This document shows positions 37,660 to 49,851 of a stretch of 64,000 nucleotides of DNA, one piece after another. The notes under the pieces were generated by a model. That model did no database searches and was not told the DNA's origin. It saw only the letters and a list, made by a program, of their open reading frames with translations. Position 1 is the first letter of the stretch; each line of letters opens with the position of its first letter. The position numbers and the translations under genes are program-made. Origin of the DNA: Candidatus Eiseniibacteriota bacterium (lineage in GTDB: Bacteria; Eisenbacteria; RBG-16-71-46; CAZAMP01); the NCBI GenBank assembly GCA_965224245.1, contig OZ245046.1, positions 3,392,001 through 3,456,000 of the forward strand. The letters run 5' to 3'.

Positions 37660-39960
37660 TCACCGGGTGAGGATCATCTTCCGCTGGCTGGTGACCTGCC
37701 CGGCGCGCAGCCGTCCGAAGTACACGCCCGGCGAGGCCCGTCGGCCATCCGCGTCACGACCGTCCCAGGTGACCCGGTGGGCGCCCGCCTCGGTGAAGCC
37801 GTCGACCAGCACCGCCACGAGCCGCCCCGCGCTGTCGTAGATCCGAAGCGACGCGTCGCCCGCCTCGGCCACCTCGAACGAGATCACGGTGGCCGGGTTG
37901 GCGGGGTTCGGACGGTTGCCGAGCAGGTGCGGTCCGCCCCCCGCGCTCACGTCGCCGACCGCGACCGTGGTCGTGATCGTGAAGTCGTCATCGGAGATGT
38001 CGAAGAACACGTTGTCGGCCGCGGCCACCATCACGCGCGCATCGGGCGTGTCGATGTCGGGCAACGTCACGAGCTCCGAGCCGTCGTTGGCTGTCCCGGC
38101 CAGGAGGGTCGTAGGATACGTGTAGCCGCCGTCGGTCGAGAGTCGGATGTCGACGCTCTGGCAGTTCACGGTGGCGTTGTCGGTGCCCGCCACGTCCCAG
38201 GTGATCTCGTGGGGCACCGTCGAGCTCAGCGTCTCGCCGCCGTTCGGGGCGCTCACGAGGAACGGACCGGCGGTGTCGTCGACGTCGAAGCTCATCAGGT
38301 CGAAGTCGCTGCCACCGCCGTCGGCGCGGTTGTCGCGCGCGACGAGTCGGAACCGGAGACCGCGCGCGTAGCTGGGGAGGATCTCGCCACGCGTCTGGGT
38401 GCCGTTCACGATGTCCGACCAGGCCGGGAACGTGCGCGACGGGCTCGTCACGGGCAGGAACGAGCGGAAGATCGGCGCGTTGTCCATCGGGAAGTCCGGA
38501 TGCCCGCCGGGGCCCAGGTCGAACTCCTCCCAGCAGTAGGTCAGCTCGTCACCGTCGGGATCGGTCGCGCTGCCGGTGAGCGTGAACGGGGTCGAGATCG
38601 GGATGGCGTCGAACGGGATCGGCGGCGTGGCGTCGGGCACGGGCGCGTTGTTGCCGGTGCTCGTGACCGCGGCGCACGAGCTGAAGTTCGTGGTGTAGAT
38701 GATGATGAGATCCAGGCTGCGCGCGTTGAAGTAGTCGTCGCTGTACGTCTGGATGTTGTGGCTCCCGCAGAGTCCCGCGTAGGCCATGATCGTCGAGCCG
38801 CTTCCCGGCTCGTATGCGGTGATCGCGGTGCGGTTGCCACCGCCGCACGACCCGGCGGTTCCGTTGAAGCTGTGCGTCGCGTTGAACTGATGTCCGATCT
38901 CGTGCGCCACGTAGTCCACGTAGAACCGGTCGCCGACGGGGCTCGACAGACCGGTGACCCCGCGCGCCTTCTGGCCCCCGACACACACGACCCCCAGTGA
39001 CGCGATCCCGCCGCCGCCGGTGCTGAACACGTGACCGATGTCGTAGTTGGCCGCGCCGATCACCGAGTCCAGGTTGCTCTGGTTCTGGCTCAGCATCGCG
39101 AAGCCGTCATTGTTCGTGTACGGGTCGGTGGCCGGATTCGTGTAGACGATCAGGTTGTTGTTCGGAATCAGCTCCAGCCGCACCGCCACGTCCCGCTCGT
39201 AGATTCCGGTGACGCGATTGATGGCGACGATGATCGCGTTCATGCCGTCGGTGACGGTGCCCCCGTGGAACTGCGTGTACTCGCCGGTCGCCGCCACCGC
39301 GGTCCGGTACGTCCGGAGCTCGCTCCCGCTCGGAATGCGGCTCACCCCGTCCCGCGTGGCCTCGGCGGCCCGGATCTCGTCCTGCGTGGCGTCGAGGACA
39401 CACGACCAGGATGAGGTCACCCGGCGGGCATCCGCACGGTGGTACACGACGTAGTGGACGACGTCGCCGCGCTGGTAGGGATCGATGAACACCGTCCCCG
39501 CCGCCCGGAGGATCATCGCGTGAAAGCCGTGGGGCGTCATGTCGAGTCGCACCGTGGCCGTGCGATCGTCGATACCCTGGGCCACGTACGTGCGCATCTC
39601 CGGGAACTCCGCCGCGAGCTCGGGCGCCATGATCGGAGACTCGACCACATGGAACCTCGCCAGCGTCCCATCGGGCATCGGCAGCGACAGCTCGGCGGCC
39701 GCGGACCACGCGTCCGGCGACTCGAGCGGCGCCCGATCGAGCGCGTCGCGCAGCCGATCGACGTCGGCGGCCACGGTCACGTACGCGGCGGGCACGATCA
39801 GACGATCGCCGGTGGTCGTGATGGTCGCCTCGCTCACCGGGGACCAGATGTTCTCGGCGGTGGCCGGCGGGGCAGCGACGATCACCGACGCGACCAGGCA
39901 CGACAACCAGAGCTCGCGCGACTGTGCGCGGGGGCGGCGGCGGGACGGTCGATCGAACAC
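37660..39960 (-). CDS. Secreted reprolysin-like (M12B) zinc metalloprotease with FlgD-Ig C-terminal domain
   Basis: HEIGHQFNATH, EPGSGSTIMAY Met-turn, prodomain; tail PNPANPAT...WDGRD...SPGVYF. Confidence 0.92.
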   Translation of the reverse strand: MFDRPSRRRPRAQSRELWLSCLVASVIVAAPPATAENIWSPVSEATITTTGDRLIVPAAYVTVAADVDRLRDALDRAPLESPDAWSAAAELSLPMPDGTLARFHVVESPIMAPELAAEFPEMRTYVAQGIDDRTATVRLDMTPHGFHAMILRAAGTVFIDPYQRGDVVHYVVYHRADARRVTSSWSCVLDATQDEIRAAEATRDGVSRIPSGSELRTYRTAVAATGEYTQFHGGTVTDGMNAIIVAINRVTGIYERDVAVRLELIPNNNLIVYTNPATDPYTNNDGFAMLSQNQSNLDSVIGAANYDIGHVFSTGGGGIASLGVVCVGGQKARGVTGLSSPVGDRFYVDYVAHEIGHQFNATHSFNGTAGSCGGGNRTAITAYEPGSGSTIMAYAGLCGSHNIQTYSDDYFNARSLDLIIIYTTNFSSCAAVTSTGNNAPVPDATPPIPFDAIPISTPFTLTGSATDPDGDELTYCWEEFDLGPGGHPDFPMDNAPIFRSFLPVTSPSRTFPAWSDIVNGTQTRGEILPSYARGLRFRLVARDNRADGGGSDFDLMSFDVDDTAGPFLVSAPNGGETLSSTVPHEITWDVAGTDNATVNCQSVDIRLSTDGGYTYPTTLLAGTANDGSELVTLPDIDTPDARVMVAAADNVFFDISDDDFTITTTVAVGDVSAGGGPHLLGNRPNPANPATVISFEVAEAGDASLRIYDSAGRLVAVLVDGFTEAGAHRVTWDGRDADGRRASPGVYFGRLRAGQVTSQRKMILTR

Positions 39961-40170
39961 GATGGGACCTCCATGGCGCGGGGTCTCGAGACGCGACGGT
40001 TGGCCGGCGGGCGACCGGTGCGAGAACGCGAACCGCCTCGAGGACGTTCCTGCGAGATGCTCGGGGATGGTGGTCGGACAGGGAAGTGTATCACGCGATC
40101 GCATCCCGAGCCCGACCGAGCGCCGCGCGGTGCCGTGCGCCGCCTCGCGGGCCCGGCCGCCAGAACGCCG

Positions 40171-41787
40171 TCAGCGGGAAGGACCCCAGGCCGGCATCGC
40201 GCGCATCAGGAGATCGGCCCGCCGGCGCGCGTCGTCGGGAGGAACGCCCTGCCACTCCTCGATCCATCGGGTCAGGACGTCGAGGACCTGCGAGCGGGGG
40301 CGGAGCGCGCCGTGCTCGTCGGAGCAGAATCGGCAGTAGCGATCGGAGGAGCCCCGGTTCAGCTCGGCGCTGAGCGTGGCCGAGCAGGACTGGCAGTGCC
40401 GCGCGGGAGCGAGCGTCAGCCCCCCCGTACCGCGCGTCGGGACGACACCGGTGACGTCCGCCAGGACGTCCATCCAGGAGACCGGCAAGAGCCCGATCGC
40501 GCGTTCCATGGCCACGATCACCGGCGCCGTGGCGCCCGGCGCGTGGTCGGCGCGCGCCCGATCGACGAGCTCGCGGAACAGATGCCGGCAGAGGGCGCGG
40601 CGGAACCCGATCCTGGCAGAGGGGACGTCCTCGAGCCGCCATCCATCTTCCGCGCCGGATACGAGCGCGCCCGCATAGAGCCGTGCGGTGGCACCGGGCG
40701 CGCTTCCGGGGAGCGCCGGGAGATCCCGGATCAGGATTTCCCCGACCTCGGCCATCCGGTCGCCCGGGGGCCAGGTCACCACCAGCGGGCGTGCCGGCAG
40801 CTCGTCGGCGGCCTCCGGGATGAGGGCGGTCGCGACCCCCCGGGCCTTCAGCTCGGCATGGGTTCGGGACACGACCGCGCGCCGCGCGACGACCACCAGG
40901 CCGCCATCGGCGGCCTCGCGCGCGTCGAGGACGGTGGCGGCCAGGCCGACACCGCCATCGATCGCACCGCGGCGAATGCGATCCGACGGCACGCGGTGGT
41001 GGATCCGCAGGATGTCCTCCGCCGCATCGCCGGTGCCGACGACGATCGGGGCCGACGCGCCGGATCCCATCACCCCGTCCCAGTCTCGCGGGAGCTCCCC
41101 GGTCGTCCCCTCCACCGCCAGCGCCTCCAGAGGCGCGCGCCATCCCGGGATCGTCACGGCGGTCGACTCGCGGCGCTCGGTCACCACGTCCCCGGGCACG
41201 CCGACGACGAGATCCGGCGGCACGCCAGAGCCCGTCGGCTCGAACCACGCCGGGTCGCCATCGGTGAGCTCCCAGGCAACCGCCACGTCGGGTCGTGCCG
41301 ATTCCAGCGCCCGCCGCACCAGCTCGACCCCGAGGATCGCCGGGCCGTCGCCGGTCCCGCCCGGGTGGGACGGATGCACGCCGATCCGGATCCGGAGCGG
41401 ACCCGACGCGCGCCCGACCTCCCGGCCCTCCCGCCGGCGCCGTCCGCGGCGAGCCGGCGGCCCGGACACCAGCGTGTCCACGAACGCCGCCGTCTCCTCG
41501 TCCCAGTCGATGCCGACCCCACGGACCCACTCCGCGGGATCCTCGCCGGCGTAGGTCGCGATGGCGACGACGATGCGCGTCCACGAGCGCACGAGCCTCA
41601 GGTTGCGGCTCCCGGACAGCGCCGGCACGTCGCCGTCCACCAGGATCCGCTGAATCGTGTGCGTGGAGATGCCCAGGCGGCGCGCGAGCGTCCGCCGGGA
41701 CCCGAGGCGCTCGTCCTCGTGCCGCAGCACGGACCAGAGCGGCATGAACGCCGGCGGCAGCGACGCCGGCGGTCTGTTGGCTGCCAC
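40171..41787 (-). CDS. Hypothetical protein with N-terminal HTH and C-terminal zinc ribbon
   Basis: SRRTLARRLGISTHTIQRIL HTH; CQSC...YCRFCSDEHG...MRAMPAW; GGGAGG RBS. Confidence 0.65.
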   Translation of the reverse strand: MAANRPPASLPPAFMPLWSVLRHEDERLGSRRTLARRLGISTHTIQRILVDGDVPALSGSRNLRLVRSWTRIVVAIATYAGEDPAEWVRGVGIDWDEETAAFVDTLVSGPPARRGRRRREGREVGRASGPLRIRIGVHPSHPGGTGDGPAILGVELVRRALESARPDVAVAWELTDGDPAWFEPTGSGVPPDLVVGVPGDVVTERRESTAVTIPGWRAPLEALAVEGTTGELPRDWDGVMGSGASAPIVVGTGDAAEDILRIHHRVPSDRIRRGAIDGGVGLAATVLDAREAADGGLVVVARRAVVSRTHAELKARGVATALIPEAADELPARPLVVTWPPGDRMAEVGEILIRDLPALPGSAPGATARLYAGALVSGAEDGWRLEDVPSARIGFRRALCRHLFRELVDRARADHAPGATAPVIVAMERAIGLLPVSWMDVLADVTGVVPTRGTGGLTLAPARHCQSCSATLSAELNRGSSDRYCRFCSDEHGALRPRSQVLDVLTRWIEEWQGVPPDDARRRADLLMRAMPAWGPSR

Positions 41788-41884
41788 GTGCGATCCTCCC
41801 CCTGGCTCCCGCCGGTGACGGCGGGTGCAGACTAACACCGCGCCCCGCTCGATCTCACCGGTCCGCATCGACCTCACGGATCGG

Positions 41885-41937
41885 TTGACGGCCCCGGCCG
41901 CGGGCGGTATGGTTGTGATGCTAGCAACGCTTCTAGC
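41885..41937 (+). promoter_or_regulatory. Sigma70 promoter with downstream inverted repeat
   Basis: TTGACG-N17-TATGGT; GCTAG-N8-CTAGC at 41920-41937. Confidence 0.55.
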
Positions 41938-41956
41938 TTCACACAAGGAGGTCATC

Positions 41957-43660
41957 ATGGGAATTCGATCCTGGATCGCGGCGGGCCTGATCGCGGCATT
42001 GCCGCTCGCGGCGCATGCCGCCTTCGTCGAGCAGCCCGAGTTCGGCGCCGGAGCCACGATCCCGGTGGCCTGGGCCGACGCGGACGGAGATGGCGATCTG
42101 GATCTCGCCGTCGGCAACTTCAATCAGCCCAATCAGCTCTTTCGCAACGACGACGGCGTCTTCGTCGCGCTGGCCGAGTTCGGCGCAGGCGCCACCTTCG
42201 CCGTCGTGTGGGCCGACGTGGACGACGACGGCGACCCGGATCTCGCCGTCGGAAACGGCAACGGGCAGGCCAACGCGCTCTACGTCAACGACGGGCTCGG
42301 AGGATTCACCCCCGAGGCTCAGTTCGGCGCGTCCCGGACGAACGCGATGGCCTGGGGCGACGCCGACGGTGACGGCGATCTGGATCTCGCGGTGGGCAAC
42401 GGCCTGCTCGGCGTCGCCCAGCAGAACTACCTGTACCTGAACGACGGCGACGGGACGTTCACCGAGGTGCCGGCGTTCGGCGTCGGCCAGTCCGCGACGC
42501 TCGCCTGGGGCGATGCCGACGGCGACGGCGACCTCGACCTGGCCGTCGGCAACGGCGGGTTCGGCTTCACCGGGCAGAACGTGCTCTACGTGAACGGTGG
42601 GACGGCCTCGTTCACCGAGCAGCTCGACTTCGGCGAGGGCGACACGTCCAGCCTCGTCTGGGGCGACGCCGACGGCGACGGCGATCTGGACCTCGCCGTC
42701 GCGAACTGGAACGGCGGGCAGAACCGGCTCTACGTGAACGCCGGTGACGGCACGTTCACCGGCGAGGATCAGTTCGGAGCCCGCGATCCGAACACGATGG
42801 CGTGGGCCGACGTCGACGACGACGGCGACCTGGATCTGGCCGTCGGCAACGGCGACTTCATGAGCGCCGATCAGAACTACCTCTACCGCAACGACGGCGG
42901 TGGGACGTTCACCGAGATGCCCGCGTTCGGTCTGGGCAGCACCGACTCGATCGCCTTCGCCGACGTCGACGGCGACGGCGACCTCGACGGGGCCGCCGGA
43001 AACGAGCACACCCCGCCGCAGAACTACCTCTACCTGAATCAGGCAAACGACACCGACTACCTGCGCATCGCGCTCGAGGGGCGGCTCCACGCGTCCGGCG
43101 CCGGCTACTCGAACCGCGACGGGATCGGGGCGACGGTCGCCGTGTACACCGCGGGGCAGCTGGGCGATCCCGCCGCGCTCCTGGGGTTCCGTGAGATGTC
43201 CGCGCACGGCGGCTTCTCGTCGCAGAACGAGCGGGTCGCCCACTTCGGGGTGCCGGGGGTCGAAACGGTCGACGTGCGCGTGACGTGGCCGGGCTCGGCG
43301 GGGAGTCGAATCGTGGACGATCTGACGGGCGTGGCCGTCGGCCAGTCGCTCGTCGTCGTCGAGGGCAGCGGGACGGTCGCGGTTCCCGCGGCGGTGGAGG
43401 GTGACGGAACGTCGCTGACCGTCCCGAACCCGACCCGCGGGGCGACCCGGATTCGGCTGACGGGCGCCTCCTCGGGCGGCGACGGCGATCGCGTTCGCGT
43501 CTACGATGCGTCCGGCGCCCTCGTCCGCGTCCTCGCGCTCGACGCCCATCGCTCGGCGAGCTGGGACGGACTCTCGAGTGGGGGTCGACCGGTCGCCCCC
43601 GGCGCGTACTTCTGGCACGCCGATTCCGGTGAGCGCGGCCGCATCCTGATCGCACGCTGA
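41957..43660 (+). CDS. CRTAC1-like FG-GAP propeller plus ASPIC/UnbV and FlgD-Ig-like CTD, secreted
   Basis: Seven WxDxDxDGDxDLAVxN-type repeats; SNRDGIGATV...SQN...HFG; AAGGAGG RBS; signal peptide. Confidence 0.88.
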   Translation: MGIRSWIAAGLIAALPLAAHAAFVEQPEFGAGATIPVAWADADGDGDLDLAVGNFNQPNQLFRNDDGVFVALAEFGAGATFAVVWADVDDDGDPDLAVGNGNGQANALYVNDGLGGFTPEAQFGASRTNAMAWGDADGDGDLDLAVGNGLLGVAQQNYLYLNDGDGTFTEVPAFGVGQSATLAWGDADGDGDLDLAVGNGGFGFTGQNVLYVNGGTASFTEQLDFGEGDTSSLVWGDADGDGDLDLAVANWNGGQNRLYVNAGDGTFTGEDQFGARDPNTMAWADVDDDGDLDLAVGNGDFMSADQNYLYRNDGGGTFTEMPAFGLGSTDSIAFADVDGDGDLDGAAGNEHTPPQNYLYLNQANDTDYLRIALEGRLHASGAGYSNRDGIGATVAVYTAGQLGDPAALLGFREMSAHGGFSSQNERVAHFGVPGVETVDVRVTWPGSAGSRIVDDLTGVAVGQSLVVVEGSGTVAVPAAVEGDGTSLTVPNPTRGATRIRLTGASSGGDGDRVRVYDASGALVRVLALDAHRSASWDGLSSGGRPVAPGAYFWHADSGERGRILIAR

Positions 43661-43755
43661 TCGGCGTTCTTTGGTCGAGGTTCACGCGGGCGTATACTGA
43701 TCGCGATCGTCGGGAGTGACTGTGCTCGACTCGCTCCAACCACAAGGAGGCGATC

Positions 43756-44223
43756 ATGCCGGCCAAGAAGCTCCGTGAGTTCCTCGATCAGAACGGCGTC
43801 AAGTACGTCACCGTTCAGCACTCGAAGGCGTACACCGCCCAAGAGGTGGCGGCGGCCGCTCACGTCAGCGGCAACGAGCTCGCCAAGACGGTCATGGTCA
43901 AGGTGAAGGGAAAGATGGCCATGGCGGTCGTGCCCGCCGCGTACAAGGTGGACTTCGACCTGCTGCGAGATGCGATCGGCGCCGACGACGTCCAGCTCGC
44001 GACCGAGAAGGAGTTCGAGAATCTGTGCCCCGGTTGCGAGGTCGGGGCGATGCCGCCGTTCGGCAACCTGTACGGGATGGACGTCTACATGGCGACCGGA
44101 CTCCGCGACGAGGACGAGATCGCGTTCGCCGCGGGCACGCACACCGAGGTCGTGCGCATGAAGTTCGGCGACTACGCCCGACTGGTGACGCCGAAGATCA
44201 TCCGCTTCGCGGTCTCGGTCTAG
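43756..44223 (+). CDS. YbaK/EbsC (ProXp-like) aminoacyl-tRNA deacylase
   Basis: AKTVMVK, LATEKE, CEVGAMPPFG, AGTH. Confidence 0.9.
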   Translation: MPAKKLREFLDQNGVKYVTVQHSKAYTAQEVAAAAHVSGNELAKTVMVKVKGKMAMAVVPAAYKVDFDLLRDAIGADDVQLATEKEFENLCPGCEVGAMPPFGNLYGMDVYMATGLRDEDEIAFAAGTHTEVVRMKFGDYARLVTPKIIRFAVSV

Positions 44224-44289
44224 GTCATCGGACGCCGCTCGCGTCGAGCGGCGTCCCCGCCTCTCGCCCGGCGCCGGCCTGCGACCGGC

Positions 44290-44565
44290 TCACTCGTGAT
44301 GGGAGCGGTACTTCTCCAGATCCTCCAGCGAGAACTTGTTCAGCTTCACGATCGTGGCCCCCGCGCGGTATGCCGGTGGCAGGATCGCTCTCGCCTCGTC
44401 CTTGTCGTCGGCCTCGACCGTGATCCAGGCCTTGTGAACGTCGTCGAAGCAGCCGAAGTCCGCGTTCGTCATGAAGTGCGATCCGGTCTCGAGCAGCACC
44501 CTGACGGCGTTCGCGCACGCGACGGCTTCCGATTCGTGTGGAACCTCGATGAGGAACCTGGCCAT
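44290..44565 (-). CDS. Small Cys/His-containing hypothetical protein
   Basis: GGAGG RBS; FLIEVPH...C...GSHF...GC...H.AW.TVEA pattern. Confidence 0.7.
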   Translation of the reverse strand: MARFLIEVPHESEAVACANAVRVLLETGSHFMTNADFGCFDDVHKAWITVEADDKDEARAILPPAYRAGATIVKLNKFSLEDLEKYRSHHE

Positions 44566-44700
44566 CGTCGATTACCTCCATCCCTGTCGTCTCGTCCGGC
44601 ATTCCGCCGATCGATCGAGAGCCACGCGATTCAACCACGGAAGCCGGCACCGCCACAACCGGGCGGGCGTTCGACCCGGGTGCGGCGCGAACGCCGGAGA

Positions 44701-46358
<1,658 letters not shown>

Positions 46359-46362
<4 letters not shown>

Positions 46363-47771
46363 GGTTTGCCTTCGTCGCCGCCGGTCTCGGCGATGGGTAG
46401 CTCGACCCGGAACTCCGTTCGCCCCGGCCGCGATTCGAACGAGATCTCGCCGTCGTTCTGCCGGACCAGGCGGCGCACGATGTCGAGTCCGAGGCCGGTG
46501 CCCTGTCCCACCGGCTTGGTGGTGAAGAACGGATCGAACAGCTGCTCGCGGATCGCGGGCGCAATGCCCGCGCCATCGTCGACGACGCGGACCACCACGC
46601 GTGCGTCCTCACGGCCGACCCGCACGTCGACCCGACCCGAAGAGGCGATCGCATCGAGCGCATTGTCCACGAGGTTGGCCCAGATCTGGTTGAGCTCGCC
46701 GGGGAGTCCCCGCACCGGGGGCAGATCCGGCTCGACCTCCACCGTCACGGAAGCCGACTTCCGCTGCGCCTTCGAGCGGAGCACCGCGATCGTGTCGTGG
46801 ATGCCCCGCGCGACGTCGACCGGTACCGCGCCCGTTCCCTGGTCCATGTGCGTGAACCCCTTCACGGCCGTGACCAGGCCCGAGATGCGCAGGGCCGCTT
46901 GCTGGATGTCGTGGGACAGGCTCCGCACCGAGCATCCGGCCGCCGCCCATCGCAGCACGGGCTCCAGCGAGGGGCCGGGAACCGCCGCGGCGACGCGCTC
47001 GAGCGCGTCGAACGTCACGGCCGTCTCCGCCAGCGCATCGGCCAGCGTGGAGTCCAGCCCCGCGTCGTCGAGCCAGTCGGCGATGGCGGCCTCGTGCTCG
47101 GCCTGCTCGATCGGGGATCGGACGCCCTGCGCCGGTGTCGCGAGACAGGACTCGCGCACCGCGTCGACGGCGGCGAGCTGGGCGTCGGAGAGTCGGGCCG
47201 CCCCCAGGGCTCGAGACGCTCGTTCGGCCTCTTCGAGCCGCTCCCCGAGCATGGCCGCGTTGCGCTCGATCGCCGACGCGGGGTTGTTCAGCTCGTGCGC
47301 CAGCCCGGCGGACAGCCGCCCGAGCGAGACCATCTTCTCGTCGTGCAGGTCGCCCGACGTGAAGGCTCTCGCCCGATCGACCATGTTGTGGACGAGTATC
47401 GAGGTGACCTCGTGACACTCGCGAATCAACGCGGGCAGGTGGTCGCGATGAATGGCGAGGACCTCCGTCGGCTCCCGGGCGACCGTGTCACCGGGCGGAC
47501 CGACCATGCGCGAGTACGGGAGCTGACCGGTGACGTCGCCGGCCCGCCACTCCATGCCCTTGTGGAGCCCGGCACCGCGATCGACGTAGATCACGATGCA
47601 ACCCGAGAGCACGATGGCCAGGCTCTCGGCGCTCTCACCCTTCGCGGCCAGGACCTCGCCGGTCTCCAGGCGCTCGAGGGTGCCCCGCGCGACCAGCCAC
47701 TCCAGTTCCCGGCGGGACGCGCCGCCGAGGGTCCGATGTGCCGCGAGGCGGTCGATCAGGTCGGTCGTCAT
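46359..47771 (-). CDS. Sensor histidine kinase with cNMP-binding domain
   Basis: N-terminal CAP-like domain; AHELNNP, NLVDNALDA, DDGAGI, FFTTKPVGQGTGLGL. Confidence 0.92.
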
Positions 47772-48023
47772 CGTTGCGCGCTCGCTCATTCGGAACAGCC
47801 CGGCCTCACTCCGATCGACGAACAGGACGAACTTCGCATCGGTCATCATAGCAACGGACTGGACGTCGCGACCATCGGATCACGACTGCGCCTGGGAACG
47901 GGGCTTCGTGGACGTGTAGAATGCTCCTCTTCGGAGCTTCCACGATCGGTCCCGCCGAGCGACCCGCGCGACCGGGCCGACCGCGGCGGGACCGGCCACC
48001 CGCCCGAGACGAGGAGGACGTAC

Positions 48024-48341
48024 ATGGACTATCACGACCTTCACAAGCTGACCGTCGTCAAGCTCCGCGAGATGGCCAAGGAGTACGACGACCTCGAGGG
48101 TGTCACCGGCATGACCAAGGACACGCTGTGCGACGTCCTCGCCGACAAGATGGGCATCGAGAAGCCGCACAAGGTCGTGGTCGGCATCGACAAGGCCTCG
48201 ATCAAACGGGAGATCCGGGCGCTGAAGAAGGTGCGCGAGGAGGCGCTGGCCGCCCGCGATCGCCAGAAGCTGCACGATACCCGCCGCCAGCTCCACAGGC
48301 TGCGCCACAAGCTTCACAAGGCGTCGAAGCTGGCTGGCTAG
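48024..48341 (+). CDS. Small basic protein with Rho-N/HeH-like N-terminus
   Basis: LHKLTVVKLREMAK...GVTGMTKDTL; basic coiled-coil tail; GAGGAGG RBS. Confidence 0.7.
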   Translation: MDYHDLHKLTVVKLREMAKEYDDLEGVTGMTKDTLCDVLADKMGIEKPHKVVVGIDKASIKREIRALKKVREEALAARDRQKLHDTRRQLHRLRHKLHKASKLAG

Positions 48342-48500
48342 GCCTGCGGGATCCCCGGGTCCGCCGGCGCCGGGCAGTCGGCCGGCGGATCGGGGATCTC
48401 CCTCGGCAACACGTTGCCGGCCCGGACCGCCCGTGCGGCCCTCTCCTCGCCGGGCTCCCGGGCGGATCGCATCGATCCCGCCCCGGTCCCCGCCGCACGT

Positions 48501-48570
48501 TTGTCCAGATTTTGGACGAACCCCGGGATGTCCGATCTGGGTACAATATGTCGATGATTTTATTGAGACA
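48501..48570 (+). promoter_or_regulatory. Operator/promoter of the fatty-acid modification operon (CarH/LitR-like boxes)
   Basis: TGTCCA-N5-TGGACG (48502-48518) and TGTCCG-N5-GGTACA (48529-48545), overlapping a TACAAT -10. Confidence 0.5.
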
Positions 48571-48582
48571 CGAGGAGAAGCC

Positions 48583-49851
48583 TTGAGGATCGCCGTGGTC
48601 GGGACCGGGGTTTCCGGGCTCGTGGCCGCCCACCTCCTGCACCCGCGACACGACGTCACGCTCTACGAGCGAGAGGAGCACGTGGGCGGCCACTCTCATA
48701 CCGTCGACGTGCCCACCCGCGACGGTCCGCCGGTCTCGGTGGACACCGGCTTCATCGTGTTCAACCACCGCACGTATCCGGCCTTCACGGCGCTTCTGGA
48801 CGAGCTGGGCGTGGCCAGCGAGCCGTCGAGCATGGGCTTCTCCGTACGGTGCGACCGCACCGGCATCGAGTACGCGGGCGCTTCCCTGTCGACGCTGTAC
48901 GCGCAACGTCGCAATCTGCTCCGTGCCGGCCACCACCGGATGGTGATTGATCTCCTGAGGTTCTACCGGGACGCCCGGCGGGCGCTGGAGGCGATCGACG
49001 ACCGGAGGACGCTCGGGGAGTTCCTGGACGCGGCCGGGTACTCGGCGAGCTTCCGGGACCGACACATCCTCCCGATGGCGGCCGCGATCTGGTCGGTCAG
49101 CCCCGCGCAGGTACTCGACTTTCCCACCCGCTTCGTGCTGCGGTTCTTCGACAATCACGGCATGATCCAGCTCCGGGATCGGCCCGTGTGGCGCGTGGTG
49201 ACCGGAGGCTCGGCCCGCTACGTCGAGGCGCTGACCCGGCCGTTTCGCGATCGCATCCGCACCGCGACCGCGGTGAGCGCCGTCCGGCGGGGTCCCATGG
49301 GGGTGAGCGTGCACAGTGAGCGCTTCGGGACCGAGACGTTCGACCACGTCGTCATCGCCTGTCACGCCGATCAGGCCCTCCGGCTTCTCGCCGACGCGAC
49401 CGAGACCGAGCGGGCGCTGCTCTCGGCGACCGAGTACCGCCCCAACCAGGTGTGGCTGCACACCGACGCACGCGTGCTCCCGAGGAACGTCCGCCTCTGG
49501 TCGAGCTGGAACTACCGTGTCCCCGAACGCACGAGCGACCAGGTGACCCTGACGTATCACATGAACACGCTCCAGAACCTCGACTCGCCCACCGACTACT
49601 GCGTCACGCTCAATCCGTCGCCGGGCGAGATCGACCCGGCTCGCGTCATCGCGCGGTTCGTGTACGACCACCCGGTGTTCACGCATGCCAGCGCGGGAGC
49701 CCAGGCACGACATCGGGAGGTTGTGGCCGCCAACCGCACGTCGTTCTGCGGCGCCTACTGGGGGTTCGGGTTCCACGAGGACGGCGTCCAGAGCGCGATC
49801 CGCGTGGTGCGTGAGATCGAGTCGAAGGTGCCGGCCGGGGCGATCGCGTGA
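48583..49851 (+). CDS. FAD-dependent oxidoreductase (UfaD-like fatty-acid desaturase)
   Basis: [43 protein letters not shown]. Confidence 0.88.
   Translation: MRIAVVGTGVSGLVAAHLLHPRHDVTLYEREEHVGGHSHTVDVPTRDGPPVSVDTGFIVFNHRTYPAFTALLDELGVASEPSSMGFSVRCDRTGIEYAGASLSTLYAQRRNLLRAGHHRMVIDLLRFYRDARRALEAIDDRRTLGEFLDAAGYSASFRDRHILPMAAAIWSVSPAQVLDFPTRFVLRFFDNHGMIQLRDRPVWRVVTGGSARYVEALTRPFRDRIRTATAVSAVRRGPMGVSVHSERFGTETFDHVVIACHADQALRLLADATETERALLSATEYRPNQVWLHTDARVLPRNVRLWSSWNYRVPERTSDQVTLTYHMNTLQNLDSPTDYCVTLNPSPGEIDPARVIARFVYDHPVFTHASAGAQARHREVVAANRTSFCGAYWGFGFHEDGVQSAIRVVREIESKVPAGAIA

Noticed and set aside
42070..43030. Regularly spaced DNA repeats (GACGGCGAC...GATCTCGCCGTCGGCAAC-like)
   Set aside because: They encode the FG-GAP propeller blades of the CRTAC1-like protein.
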